From contig CAYUAG010000003.1 of NCBI GenBank assembly GCA_964442615.1, forward strand, positions 2,346-66,345: 64,000 bases of DNA, written 5' to 3'. How positions within the stretch are numbered: position 1 is the stretch's first letter; the number at the start of each line of letters is the position of its first letter. Shown piece by piece: positions 38,946 through 49,642 of this stretch. Made by a program: the position numbers and the translations under genes. A model generated the notes under the pieces. The model made no database searches. It was given only the letters and a program-made list of their open reading frames with translations, and had not been told where the DNA came from. This DNA is from an uncultured bacterium (GTDB taxonomy: Bacteria; Zhuqueibacterota; QNDG01; CAYUAG01).

Positions 38946-40346
38946 CTATTTATGAACTTTTTTTAGAAAATTTTCCATCTCAGGTATGCCTCCTTGAAAT
39001 ATCAGATAGCCATTATAAGGTTCTCTTTCTGTTATTTCGTCACGTATGGGAGTAAGCATGATTTTTTCTACTTGCTCCAGATCCTCGGTCTGACCCAGAG
39101 CCCATCCCAGTTTTACATAGGCTACTTCCGGAAGCATGTTTTTTGCAGGAATAATCCCTTTGTTCATCAGGTCTCTGCCGGTATCATACACAAACATATG
39201 CACATATCCCCAGAGAGTCTGGACAGTCATATAGATGGCCACACCCTTTTTTGCAGCCCGTTCAATAGCAGGATACACAGGTTTGTTCACATGTCCTAGT
39301 CCGGTTCCGGCAATAACAATACCCCGATATCCGTTATCAACAATAGAATCAATAATATCTGGCTGCATATTGGGATAATAGTAAAGAAGCATTACTTTTT
39401 CTTCAAAAAAAGGATAGATGTCAACCTTCTTATTCTTTCTGCGCTTATTATACTCTTTTTTTATTGGGATTATTCTATTTTTCTCCACCATGGCGATAGG
39501 AGTATCTCCCAGTGTACGGAAGGTAGATCTATAGGAAGAATGCATTTTACGTACCCGGCAGCCACTATGAAGGAGACCGTATTCATCAGATGTGGGTCCG
39601 AACATGCAGACCATAACTTCAGCAATATCGGAATGAGCAGCAGTATAGCAAGCATGTATTAGGTTCAGGGCAGCATCAGAAGAAGGTCTGTCGGATGAGC
39701 GCTGTGAACCGACCAATACTATGGGAACCGGATTATTTTGAATCATAAAGGTTAAAGCAGCGGCTGTATGGTGCATGGTATCGGTTCCATGTCCAATTAC
39801 TATTCCATCAATCCCTTTTTCAATTTCCTCTTTTATAGATTCAGCAAGTTTTATATATTGCTGCGGCCCCATGTTTTCACTGAAAACAGCAAATAGCTCC
39901 TGGGTGGATAAATTACAAATATCAGCAAGTTCAGGTACGGAACCGTATAGTTCACCGGGTGAAAAGGCAGGTATGACAGCTCCAGTTCTGTAATCCAGTC
40001 GGGAAGCTATGGTACCGCCAGTTCCAAAGAGTTTGATGTTTGGTTTATCAGAGGAGGTGGGAAACTCCTTTTCAGGTATTTTATAGTTTGCTTTTTTATA
40101 CCCTAATTCTTCAATATTTTGTATGGTATCTGTATCAATGCCAATATTATATCCGGTATCAAGTTTTAAAACAAGATGTTTATCATCGTCAAAAGCTGAG
40201 CGCGGGAGTATTATCCCTTTAAATTTTCCTCGGGTGGTATTTACCTTCACCTCACTCCAGACTTTTACTTTATATTTTTCAAGTACTGTTAATCCTCTAC
40301 CTTTGTATCCCTTAAATTGCTCTTCACTCATGTAATTTTCCTTCAA
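38946..40346 (-). CDS. gatD: Glutamyl-tRNA(Gln) amidotransferase subunit D (archaeal-type, asparaginase-like)
   Basis: The N-terminal domain (KGIILPRSAFDDDKHLVLKLDTGYNIGI) matches the archaeal GatD N-terminal consensus (G.LMPR...D.IV.KLDNGYN.G). This is followed by L-asparaginase family motifs GTGGTIAS and HGTDTM. Overlaps gatE by 23 nt. Confidence 0.8.
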   Translation of the reverse strand: MKENYMSEEQFKGYKGRGLTVLEKYKVKVWSEVKVNTTRGKFKGIILPRSAFDDDKHLVLKLDTGYNIGIDTDTIQNIEELGYKKANYKIPEKEFPTSSDKPNIKLFGTGGTIASRLDYRTGAVIPAFSPGELYGSVPELADICNLSTQELFAVFSENMGPQQYIKLAESIKEEIEKGIDGIVIGHGTDTMHHTAAALTFMIQNNPVPIVLVGSQRSSDRPSSDAALNLIHACYTAAHSDIAEVMVCMFGPTSDEYGLLHSGCRVRKMHSSYRSTFRTLGDTPIAMVEKNRIIPIKKEYNKRRKNKKVDIYPFFEEKVMLLYYYPNMQPDIIDSIVDNGYRGIVIAGTGLGHVNKPVYPAIERAAKKGVAIYMTVQTLWGYVHMFVYDTGRDLMNKGIIPAKNMLPEVAYVKLGWALGQTEDLEQVEKIMLTPIRDEITEREPYNGYLIFQGGIPEMENFLKKVHK

Positions 40347-42291
40347 CTATATCTCTGAGTTCTGAGAGATCTATATTACCAACAGCTTTTTTTCTTAGCT
40401 GACCCATAATCCAGTTAACCTCAGCTTTTGGACTATCGGTTTTGGAATTTTTTTTAAAAGTCTCATTTAACTTTTGGATTTCTGAGGTAATTTCTTGTTT
40501 ACTCCTGGACTTGAAATCAATATATTGTAACAGGGTTTCCATAGATCCAGTGTGATTTTCTGCCATAGCGGTGATCAGCACCTTAAGAATTTCTCTATGC
40601 AGCTTTTTTTTATGTACATTTACAAATAATTTTTTTATTATAGTTTCAAAACTGTTATAATTTTTTTTAAGCTTTTTATCATAATGTTTGATATGATGTC
40701 CTATAATGCTGCCGATAAAAGAGGGAGGAAAATCAGTGTGATCGATTATATTCTTAAGAAGAGAGAAAAGATTATTTCTCAGAATATAACCAAAACAGTC
40801 CAGAGGAATTTCCCACTCTCTCATTTTCTTGATACAGGTATGGATCTCTTCAGGTAGATCTTTTCCGGCTTCATTAATCATTTTTTCACTGATGGGAATA
40901 GGTGCGGAATCAGTATCTGGATACATTCTATCCGGCCCTGGTAGAACCCGTTCGAAAATAGTTGTACTGTCAGGCATGGATTTACGGGTTTCATTGAGTA
41001 CACCATGAAAGGCTAATTTACATCGCTCTTCAATGGTTTCAATACCGGTTTTTATATCCTCCTGCTGCCCCCAGAAAATAATCTGGGCATCTTCAGATTT
41101 ACTTTTTAACTGGGAACGGATTTTTTCCAATTCATTCTTAGAGAGATAGGGCTCCATAGATTCTGAATGGAACATATTTGGTTTGGGAATACAGGCAATA
41201 ACCTCAATTCGATCACTTATCTCATCAGCAAAAACACGACCTGGAGAGGTAAAAAAGGATAAAATATTTTCAAAATTAGGGAGATTTACCGCGATGATTT
41301 TATAGTCTTTATTTAATATATTTTTTATTGTAAGAGAACTAGTTTTTGCAAGTAAGGAATTTATCTCGTTATAGTTGATTTTCCAGTCTTCTGTATTTTT
41401 AATTTTTTGCAGTAGTCTGTTTTTTATTTCAATCAGAGCTTTTTGCCGAAATGCTTCCTTATGTGTTAATTCAGGTATCAATTTAATATGAGCTACACCT
41501 TTTATTTCAACTCTTGTTCCCCCTCTAATACTTACATTTACATCCTCTCTGGCAGCACCAATTCCTGTATTTACCATACCAGTACTTCTGGTTAAATATC
41601 GTATATATTGAGCAGCTTCAGCTACCTCATCAGGAGTATTCAGGTCAGGATAGGTGACCACTTCCACCAGAGGTATGCCAAGTCTATCTGTTACATATAC
41701 TCTGTCATGACCCATATCAGATACTTCCCGGCAGGCATCCTCTTCCAGCCCCAGTTGAATCACTTTTACCTTTTTTGAAGTAAGGGGGATTTCACCCTCT
41801 ATGCCTACCAGTCCTGTACGCTGAAATCCAGTGGGAATGCTTCCGTCTAGATACTGTTTCCTGGTAATATGAAATTCACCCACAATATTCATTTTTAACT
41901 GGAGGGCAATCCGTATTGATATTTTTAATGCCTCAGGATTTAATAAAAAGGGAGGGGTATCATCAATCTCATAGGTGCAGGCAGTTTTATTGTTAATATG
42001 GTAGTAAATATTTTTTTTTGTTTTGAACTCCATTAAGGCTGTTCCATCATATTCACCCAGCTCACTTAAGGTGGGGCGCATATGACGTACAACTTCAGCA
42101 TCATAGTCATCTTTGTTATGATAGATTCCAGCCGGACAGTGACAAAATAACTTTTTTTCAGTAGTTATCTGCTGATGAATTTCTAAGCCACTTTTAAATC
42201 CTAACTCTTGGTAAATTGCAGGTGAAGCATCCTTTTTTGAAACATAACCTATTGATTTTTTAGTATTCTCTAGATTATTGTGTGGATCCAA
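40324..42291 (-). CDS. gatE: Glutamyl-tRNA(Gln) amidotransferase subunit E (archaeal-type GatB paralog)
   Basis: SGLEIHQQITTEKKLFCHCP...MRPTLSELGEYD matches the GatE-specific N-terminus (GLEIHQQL..KLFC.C...RPT.SELG). The 655 aa length is typical of GatE; GatB is about 480 aa. Confidence 0.8.
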   Translation of the reverse strand: MDPHNNLENTKKSIGYVSKKDASPAIYQELGFKSGLEIHQQITTEKKLFCHCPAGIYHNKDDYDAEVVRHMRPTLSELGEYDGTALMEFKTKKNIYYHINNKTACTYEIDDTPPFLLNPEALKISIRIALQLKMNIVGEFHITRKQYLDGSIPTGFQRTGLVGIEGEIPLTSKKVKVIQLGLEEDACREVSDMGHDRVYVTDRLGIPLVEVVTYPDLNTPDEVAEAAQYIRYLTRSTGMVNTGIGAAREDVNVSIRGGTRVEIKGVAHIKLIPELTHKEAFRQKALIEIKNRLLQKIKNTEDWKINYNEINSLLAKTSSLTIKNILNKDYKIIAVNLPNFENILSFFTSPGRVFADEISDRIEVIACIPKPNMFHSESMEPYLSKNELEKIRSQLKSKSEDAQIIFWGQQEDIKTGIETIEERCKLAFHGVLNETRKSMPDSTTIFERVLPGPDRMYPDTDSAPIPISEKMINEAGKDLPEEIHTCIKKMREWEIPLDCFGYILRNNLFSLLKNIIDHTDFPPSFIGSIIGHHIKHYDKKLKKNYNSFETIIKKLFVNVHKKKLHREILKVLITAMAENHTGSMETLLQYIDFKSRSKQEITSEIQKLNETFKKNSKTDSPKAEVNWIMGQLRKKAVGNIDLSELRDIVEGKLHE

Positions 42292-42451
42292 ATTTTCCTC
42301 ATTTTTAGATTAACAGATTGGATAATATACTTATCACAGTCTATATTGTCAAGTTAAAAACTTTTCTATTACTAAGGAGGAAGATTGTTAAAAATAAATT
42401 TACATGAATATTTATGGAACTTACTGATCAGTGAAACGTAATTGATATATC

Positions 42452-43147
42452 ATGAATAATAATATTCTTGAAGTTCATAATCTTGAAAAAATATATAAAA
42501 AGACCAAAACACCTATATATGCTTTGCGCAGTATCTCTATCAGGGTATCAAAGGGTAACTTTATCTCTATTGTGGGACGTTCGGGATCTGGCAAATCAAC
42601 ACTTTTAAATCTCATAGGCGGTCTTGATACTCCTAGCTCCGGAAGTGTGGAAATTGCAGGCAGGGATCTATCAAAAATGAATAAAAAGGAACTCACCAAT
42701 CACAGACGTACTAGGGTAGGAATGATATTTCAATCATTTAATCTTATTTCTTCTTTAACTGCACTTGAGAATGTTGCTCTGGCTTCCATGTTTGCAAATG
42801 TTTCCAAGAAAAAGAGAAAAAAGAGAGCTGCGGACATCTTACATACCCTTGGTTTGGGAGATAGGATAGACCATACTCCCTCTGAACTCTCCGGAGGAGA
42901 AGCTCAGAGAGTGGCTATTGCCCGGGCTCTTATTAATAATCCTGACATTCTTCTTGCTGACGAACCAACAGGCAATCTGGACAGTATTACTGCCAAAGAG
43001 ATAATAACTTTGTTACAAACTTTGAATCAAAAAACAGGAGTTACTGTTATCATGGTAACCCATGACAAACTAACCGCTAAAAAGATTTCTCATCATACTT
43101 ATACACTTTTAGATGGTAAAATTGTAGAATCTGTTTTTCAGGGATAA
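42452..43147 (+). CDS. ABC transporter ATP-binding protein, LolD/MacB-type
   Basis: Walker A GRSGSGKSTLLN, signature LSGGEAQRVAIARAL, Walker B LLADEPTGNLD. Confidence 0.8.
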   Translation: MNNNILEVHNLEKIYKKTKTPIYALRSISIRVSKGNFISIVGRSGSGKSTLLNLIGGLDTPSSGSVEIAGRDLSKMNKKELTNHRRTRVGMIFQSFNLISSLTALENVALASMFANVSKKKRKKRAADILHTLGLGDRIDHTPSELSGGEAQRVAIARALINNPDILLADEPTGNLDSITAKEIITLLQTLNQKTGVTVIMVTHDKLTAKKISHHTYTLLDGKIVESVFQG

Positions 43148-43150
43148 AAG

Positions 43151-44557
43151 ATGAAAATTAATGATCTGCTTCAACTAGGACTTTCAAATTTATGGAAAAC
43201 TAAACTACGAACTTTTCTTACGGTTTTAGGTGTAACTATAGGTATCGGAGCGCTAGTTTCCATGGTATCCTTTGGTACTGGTATGCAGAAAAATGTAACC
43301 GACTATTTTAAAAAAAATGACCTTTTTACCAGTATTCAAGTAATACCCCAGAAAATCGACATTAATCAGCTAGTATCCGGGATTGAAGGTAAAATAGAGA
43401 CGAATCAAAAGGAAGTTCCCCCATTAAATACCAAAGTTTTGGAACGGATCCGTTTAATTGAGGGAGTTGACATTGCTTTTCCGGAAATTTCATTTCCAGT
43501 TAAGGTTAGCTTTAAAAATCATGAGACCAGAACCTACCTGAAAGGGATTCCGGCTTCATTGGGTGCATACAAACCATTTAATGAACTATATTATGGCCAT
43601 TTTTACCAGAATGATACTCAGGAAAGTATTGTGATAAGCACAGAAACACTACAATCCCTCGGTATAAAAATAGTAGGAACGGATGGTGACATAGCTTTTA
43701 AGGATACAACAGATATACAATATTTGCCCCCTGATTCGGTTATTGGCAAACAAATTACAATTTATACATCGGTTATCGATCCCTCTTCTATTACCAACAT
43801 GATAGGGAGAGGAAAGACAGATAACTCTTTTTTTAAAAAACAGAAAAAACAATTTACCATTGTTGGTATTAAAAAGAGAGAAGGAGAATTTAGTTATGGA
43901 TACTATAGGGGGGGTATCATAGCTCCCATAAAGACTGCTGAAAAAATGCCCAGACTTCCTTTTAACAGTGTATGGAGTCTGTTAAATAGTATGGATAATA
44001 AAAGTGATTATGAGGCATTATTGGTTAGAGTAAAATCCATTGAACAACTAAAACCAGTTCGGAATAAGATTGAAAACCTGGGATTAGGTACTATTTCTAT
44101 TGCCGATCAACTGGAACAGTTTAAAAAAGGATTCATTATTATGGATACTGCACTTGGAGCTATAGGAACTATTGCCTTGATTGTAGCGGGATTGGGTATT
44201 ATAAATACCATGGTCATGTCAATTCTGGAAAGAACTAGAGATATCGGGATTATGAAAGCCATAGGCGGCAGTGATTTTCAAATAAAAAGTATCTTTTTCT
44301 TCGAAGCCGGGAGTATCGGTCTCTTGGGTGGATTTTTGGGGCTTGTACTCGGGTGGATAGTTACAAAAATTGCAGGTGCTGTGGCAACTTATTATATTAT
44401 CAAACAGGGTGGTGAATCTGTTGATCTTTTTTTCATTCCTGGTTGGCTTATTTTATCAGCAATGATCTTTTCGATTTTAATAAGTTTGATAGCAGGTGTT
44501 TATCCTGCTGTACGTGCAGCACGTATAGATCCGGTAGAAGCTCTGCGACATGATTAG
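43151..44557 (+). CDS. FtsX-family ABC transporter permease (LolE/MacB-like) with a large periplasmic loop
   Basis: N-terminal TM, roughly 250-aa periplasmic domain, then the FtsX C-terminal 3-TM module ending ...YPAVRAARIDPVEALRHD. Start is 4 nt after the ATPase stop. Confidence 0.8.
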   Translation: MKINDLLQLGLSNLWKTKLRTFLTVLGVTIGIGALVSMVSFGTGMQKNVTDYFKKNDLFTSIQVIPQKIDINQLVSGIEGKIETNQKEVPPLNTKVLERIRLIEGVDIAFPEISFPVKVSFKNHETRTYLKGIPASLGAYKPFNELYYGHFYQNDTQESIVISTETLQSLGIKIVGTDGDIAFKDTTDIQYLPPDSVIGKQITIYTSVIDPSSITNMIGRGKTDNSFFKKQKKQFTIVGIKKREGEFSYGYYRGGIIAPIKTAEKMPRLPFNSVWSLLNSMDNKSDYEALLVRVKSIEQLKPVRNKIENLGLGTISIADQLEQFKKGFIIMDTALGAIGTIALIVAGLGIINTMVMSILERTRDIGIMKAIGGSDFQIKSIFFFEAGSIGLLGGFLGLVLGWIVTKIAGAVATYYIIKQGGESVDLFFIPGWLILSAMIFSILISLIAGVYPAVRAARIDPVEALRHD

Positions 44558-44912
44558 GGATTTTTAAGAAGCTATTACATTACTTCAACTTTGTATTAAT
44601 GTTAAGACATTCCTTAATAACCTTAAATTTTTTTTAAGTTCAACTAATAAATGTGACAGTTAGTGAAAGAGGATTAATTGTGTTCTATTAATGATTAACC
44701 CTCAATAAAGTAATCACTAACTGGTGCACAAAATGGCTCATTTACAATTAACCCTCGCTCAATGATACAGAATTCCTGCTTATCTGCAAGCGGGAATTTC
44801 AAAAAGTAGAATAGTTTAAGTTACAAAAGATACATATTGACATTTAACCTTATCTATTTTATATTAAATAAAGATTTGAATAGATTATTTTTTTTAATAT
44901 TAGGATAAAATT

Positions 44913-46004
44913 ATGGGATTTAACTGTGGTCTAGTTGGACTTCCTAATGCAGGAAAATCAACAATTTTTAATGCCTTAACTAATCTGGGAGTTGATGCTT
45001 CTGCATATCCCTTCTGTACAATTGATCCTCATTTTGGCACAATAATCCTTGAGGATGAAAGACTTGATATGATTTACGATCTTATAGGCTCAGCAAAAAA
45101 ATCACCTACGACTCTGGAATTTGTTGACATTGCTGGTCTTATAAAAGGTGCTCATCATGGTGAAGGACTTGGCAATAAATTTTTATCTCATATTGGCCAG
45201 TGTGATGCCATAGCCCATGTAGTGCGCTGCTTTGAAGATGAAAATGTTTCTCACCCTTATGAAAATATGGATCCTGTAAATGATGCAAAATCGGTTACCA
45301 TCGAGATAATTCTCAAGGATATAGAAATAATCGAATCACATCTTAAAAAGTTCCAGCAAGCGGCTAGAAGTGGAGATCCGGAAGCTAAGAATGAAATTGA
45401 AATGTTAAATCAATTTTTTGATCATCTTAATTCAGAGAAAGAAATTCGTACATTAAACTTAACCTCAGAACAAGTGGCTTTAGCCAGAGAATTAAATCTT
45501 CTTACTGCCAAACCTGTAATGTACATTGCCAACATTGATGAAGTTCACCTTACTAATAGCTCACTTGTTAATGAATTGAACGAATATGCACAATCTATAC
45601 ATTCACCCTGTATACCCTTTTGCGGCAAGGTGCAGGAAGAAATTGCAGAACTTGATCATGATGAACAATTAGAGTTTCTTCAGGCAATGGGTCTTGATGA
45701 AACTGGTTTACAAAAACTTGTTAAGACTGGATACAATCTTTTACATCTTATCACTTTTTTCACAGCCAATGAGAATGAAGCTCATGCCTGGACCATCCAG
45801 AAAGGAGCTACAGTTGTAGGAGCTGCTGAAAAGGTACATACCGATTTTGCTAAAGGTTTTATCAAAGCTGAAGTTATAAAATATACAGATCTTATTGAGC
45901 ACAAATCAACCAAAATACTTCATCATAAGGGTCTAATAACTATTCATGGAAGAGATTATATAGTTGAAGATGGTGATTTGATTTTTTTTCATGCTAAAAA
46001 ATAA
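44913..46004 (+). CDS. ychF: Ribosome-binding ATPase YchF (Obg-family GTPase)
   Basis: GLVGLPNAGKSTIFNALT G1 motif, DIAGLIKGA G3 motif, and a C-terminal TGS domain. Confidence 0.9.
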   Translation: MGFNCGLVGLPNAGKSTIFNALTNLGVDASAYPFCTIDPHFGTIILEDERLDMIYDLIGSAKKSPTTLEFVDIAGLIKGAHHGEGLGNKFLSHIGQCDAIAHVVRCFEDENVSHPYENMDPVNDAKSVTIEIILKDIEIIESHLKKFQQAARSGDPEAKNEIEMLNQFFDHLNSEKEIRTLNLTSEQVALARELNLLTAKPVMYIANIDEVHLTNSSLVNELNEYAQSIHSPCIPFCGKVQEEIAELDHDEQLEFLQAMGLDETGLQKLVKTGYNLLHLITFFTANENEAHAWTIQKGATVVGAAEKVHTDFAKGFIKAEVIKYTDLIEHKSTKILHHKGLITIHGRDYIVEDGDLIFFHAKK

Positions 46005-46233
46005 TCCTCGCTTTTTTTATTATTTTTCCTAGGCTAAAAAATAATTCAGGATAGGAAAGATTTGATATTGGGTGAAAGAAAACTCAAATAAATCCCAGTT
46101 GTCTTATCCTGATTTAACAGAAAATAGGTAAATTGTAACTGCAAATTTGTCTTTATTAAAAATTTCACATTCAGCAGGATTTGCCTATCCATCACCTGTG
46201 GATTTTGATTTGTAGCAATTATAAGAAATAATT

Positions 46234-48204
46234 GTGAAAGATTTTTACAGCTATTGCAATAGAGTAATAGGTGTAAAGAATATTAATCTGATCAATATCA
46301 AAAAAGGTGGGAAGGCCATGATAAAGAACAATCATGAAAAATTTGAAAGATATAGGAAAATTTGTATGCACCAAGCAATTTTGCAGATTTGTATTGTTAT
46401 TTCAATTTTTATATCAGTAACTTGTTTATATGATTTTATTGTATATAAAAACAGTGTATTTAATTTTCCATTCATTCCTCTTAGTCTTATATTTATTACT
46501 ATAATTATTTGTATTTTTAATAAAATTTTTCAACTGAAACTGAATCCCTATTATTTTAGTCTTATGGTAGCAGTAACTGTTACTACCGGGATTTCCTTAA
46601 TGTGTTATATTAATCCATTTGCTGTTATATCATCTCTTTCAACAATAATCCTATTAATCTTATACTTTGGTATATTTTTACCTTTTAACCTTAAAGAAGG
46701 TATATTATTATTTTCATTAGTGTGGATTTTTTTTCTCATACCTAAATTTTTTCAAATTAATAGTTATGAAACTGAAACCTTTGGAAAAGATAATCTTTTT
46801 GTACTTTCCTCTATTATATTTTCAATTTATTGGTCAAAAAAAAGATTTAGGGAAAGAAAAAAATTATGGGTTTTAAATGCATATTGTAAATCAATGAAAC
46901 AAAAATGTGAAATCAAATCTGGTAATGTTGAAAATCAAATTCAGCAAACGGATAAAAACATAGCTAAAACTGAACGAGTAGCCTTTATTGGTCAAGTAAT
47001 AAGTAGCTTTGTTCATGATTTAAATAATTTTTTAACCATAATTTTGGGAAAGAGTGATCTGGTATATGATTCTCTTTCTGAAGAAGATAAAAATCGGCAA
47101 CATATCGAAACAGTGACAAAAACATGTAGAAAGGCAGCTACATTGATAAAAAAATTACTTACAGTAAGTAATTGTCAGGTTTTCATGCCCTGCAAAAAAA
47201 ATCTTAATGAAATTATTAATGATGTTAAGGATATGGTAATCCACACACTATCCCATAACATTGATCTTATTGTAAAGGAAGCTCCAAAATTAAAATTGGT
47301 TAAGGTTGATCCTTTACAGATAGAGCAAATTTTATTGAATTTATGTATTAATGCAAGAGATGCCATGCCCTATGGAGGTAAATTGATATTAGAAACCAAC
47401 AATGTAACTCTGGATGAAACCTATTGTAATTAAAGATATCTATCCCTTGTACCAGGAGAGTATGTAATGATCGCTATCGGTGATAAAGGTACCGGAATAA
47501 GTAAAAAAATTAAGTCCCAAATTTTTAATCCTTTTTTTACAACAAAAGATAGGGATTCTGGAACAGGGCTGGGTCTTTCTTCTGTTCATAGAATTATTAA
47601 GGAGAGTAAAGGAGACATAGTTGTGTATTCTGAAGAAGGGAGGGGTACAGTGTTTAAACTTTTTTTCCCGGCTTACAAACCAGTTTCAAATATTAAATAT
47701 AATACAAAAAATTTATATATTCCGAATGATATTTCTAACCGTTTAGGCAAAAAGGAGACAATACTTATTGTTGATGATAATGAAAGTATTCTTCATATGA
47801 CATCCTGTATGCTCAAAAATTATGGGTATAATGTTATGGAAGCACGAAGTAGTCAACAAGCGATTACTTTAATCAAAAAATTTAATAAAAAGATTAATCT
47901 TATGATTACAGATGTTGTACTCCCTGATATGAGCGGAAAAGAACTTTATAAAAAGGTTATAAAAAAATATTCAAACATAAGAATACTTTACACTTCTGGT
48001 TTTACTAGTTATTTATTACGGCATAATGCTTTGCTTGATAGTGATAGTAGTAAAAATTTAATTCAAAAACCGTTTACTACTGTTGAGTTGATTAATAAAG
48101 TTAAGGATTCTCTAAAAAAAAAGGAAGAGAGTAAGTATTTAAATCATGATAACTCATTTAATAAAACAACCAATAGTGAATTTTATTGTAGGATAAATAA
48201 ATAA
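46234..48204 (+). pseudogene. Hybrid sensor histidine kinase (multi-TM sensor, HisKA, HATPase_c, REC) interrupted by a single in-frame TAA at 47431-47433
   Basis: ORF 46234-47433 holds the TM region, the H-box (SFVHDLNNFLT) and the N-box (LCINARDAMP). ORF 47467-48204, in the same frame, continues with the G1/G2 boxes (IGDKGTGI, GTGLGLS) and a complete REC domain (ILIVDD...MITDVVLPDMSG). Read-through gives ...LDETYCN*RYLSLVPGEYVMIAIGDKGTGI, a contiguous HATPase_c sequence. Confidence 0.6.
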
Positions 48205-48362
48205 CTAATATAATAATTATTATATTAGTTATGGTTTAAAATTTTTTCCCGAGTCCAGTTCTGAGCCAAATCAAAGTTCAATTAGAGCTTCCATAATATT
48301 GCCTTCTTAAATAATCAATAACAGTCATTTTTTTTTGTGATCCATCTAACCAATTGTTAAAA

Positions 48363-49628
48363 TCAATCTATAATATCCATCTTCAGGTAAGGTCGTAATG
48401 CTTCTGGCACTATGACCGTACCTTCATCAGTCTGGTAATTTTCTAAAATGGCAATTATAAGACGAGGCAGTGCAACACCGGAACCATTCAAGGTATGAAT
48501 AAAACGAGGTTTATCTCCCTTTTTCTTTCTGTACCGTATATTCATTCTTCGTGCCTGAAAATCCGTAAAATTGGAACAGGAAGAAACTTCCAACCATTTG
48601 TCAACTCCTGGAGCATAAACTTCAATATCGTAACATTTAGCTGCAGCAAAAGAGAGATCTCCTGTGGCCAAAATTGCAACCTGGTAGGGAAGTTTAAGCG
48701 CCTGGATTACCTCTTCCGCATCTTTAAGCAATGATTCCAGTTCTTCATAGGAATTTTCCGGTTCCACAAATTTTACCATCTCAACCTTGTTGAATTGATG
48801 GATTCGCATTAATCCTCTGGTTTCTGCTCCGTATGATCCTGCTTCTCTACGAAAACAGGGGGTATAAGCAGCATAACAAATTGGTAAATCTTTGCCTGCA
48901 AGAATCTCCTCTCTGTGAAGATTTGTTACAGGGACTTCTGCTGTAGGAATTAAGAAAAGATCATCTTTTTCCACCAGATACATATCATCTTCAAGTTTTG
49001 GCAGTTGGCCGGTGCCAAACATCATGTCACGCTTAACAATAAAGGGAACCCAGATCTCCTTATATCCATGTTTTTCTACATGCATATCTAGCATAAAGTT
49101 AATAAGTGCACGCTGCAGTTTTGCACCTATTCCTATAAAAGAAACAAAATTTGGCCCTGAAAGACGGCTTCCCCGCATTAAGTCAAGAATACCCAGTTCC
49201 TCTCCGATTTCCCAGTGAGGTTTTATTTTGAAATCATATTCGGGAACATGACCCCACTTTTTTATGATTTTATTATTTCTTTCATCACCTTCTGGTACTG
49301 ATTCATGGGGGATATTGGGAATAAATATTTGGATATTTTTAATGGTTTCTTCACTCTCTTTGATCTCTTGATCTATTTCCTTAATGTCATTTGAAACTTT
49401 CCGCATAGCTTTGATAGCAGTTTCAGCATCCTGTCCCTGTTTTTTCAATGTACCTATTTCTTCGGATGTCTTATTTCGTTCAGCTTTCAAATTGTCATTT
49501 TTCTGTATGAGTTCACGTCTTTTTTTATCTAATTTTAATAGCTTATCAAGGTCTGCATCCATTCCCTTAACTTTTATAGCATGACGAATTATTTCAGAAT
49601 TTTCTCGGATAAATTTTAGACTTAACAT
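48363..49628 (-). CDS. serS: Seryl-tRNA synthetase
   Basis: N-terminal coiled-coil arm (MLSLKFIRENSEIIRHAIKVKGMDADLDKLLKLDKKRREL) and class II aaRS motifs (FRRE...GL.R.HQF.KVE, GSGVALPR). Confidence 0.9.
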   Translation of the reverse strand: MLSLKFIRENSEIIRHAIKVKGMDADLDKLLKLDKKRRELIQKNDNLKAERNKTSEEIGTLKKQGQDAETAIKAMRKVSNDIKEIDQEIKESEETIKNIQIFIPNIPHESVPEGDERNNKIIKKWGHVPEYDFKIKPHWEIGEELGILDLMRGSRLSGPNFVSFIGIGAKLQRALINFMLDMHVEKHGYKEIWVPFIVKRDMMFGTGQLPKLEDDMYLVEKDDLFLIPTAEVPVTNLHREEILAGKDLPICYAAYTPCFRREAGSYGAETRGLMRIHQFNKVEMVKFVEPENSYEELESLLKDAEEVIQALKLPYQVAILATGDLSFAAAKCYDIEVYAPGVDKWLEVSSCSNFTDFQARRMNIRYRKKKGDKPRFIHTLNGSGVALPRLIIAILENYQTDEGTVIVPEALRPYLKMDIID

Positions 49629-49642
49629 CAGATGTACTCCCT

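Noticed and set aside
44693-44710. Near-match to the phage T3 RNA polymerase promoter
   Set aside because: There is no phage-type RNAP or other phage gene in the window, and the second copy diverges after the first 10 nt. It is recorded above only as a direct repeat, not as a functional phage promoter.
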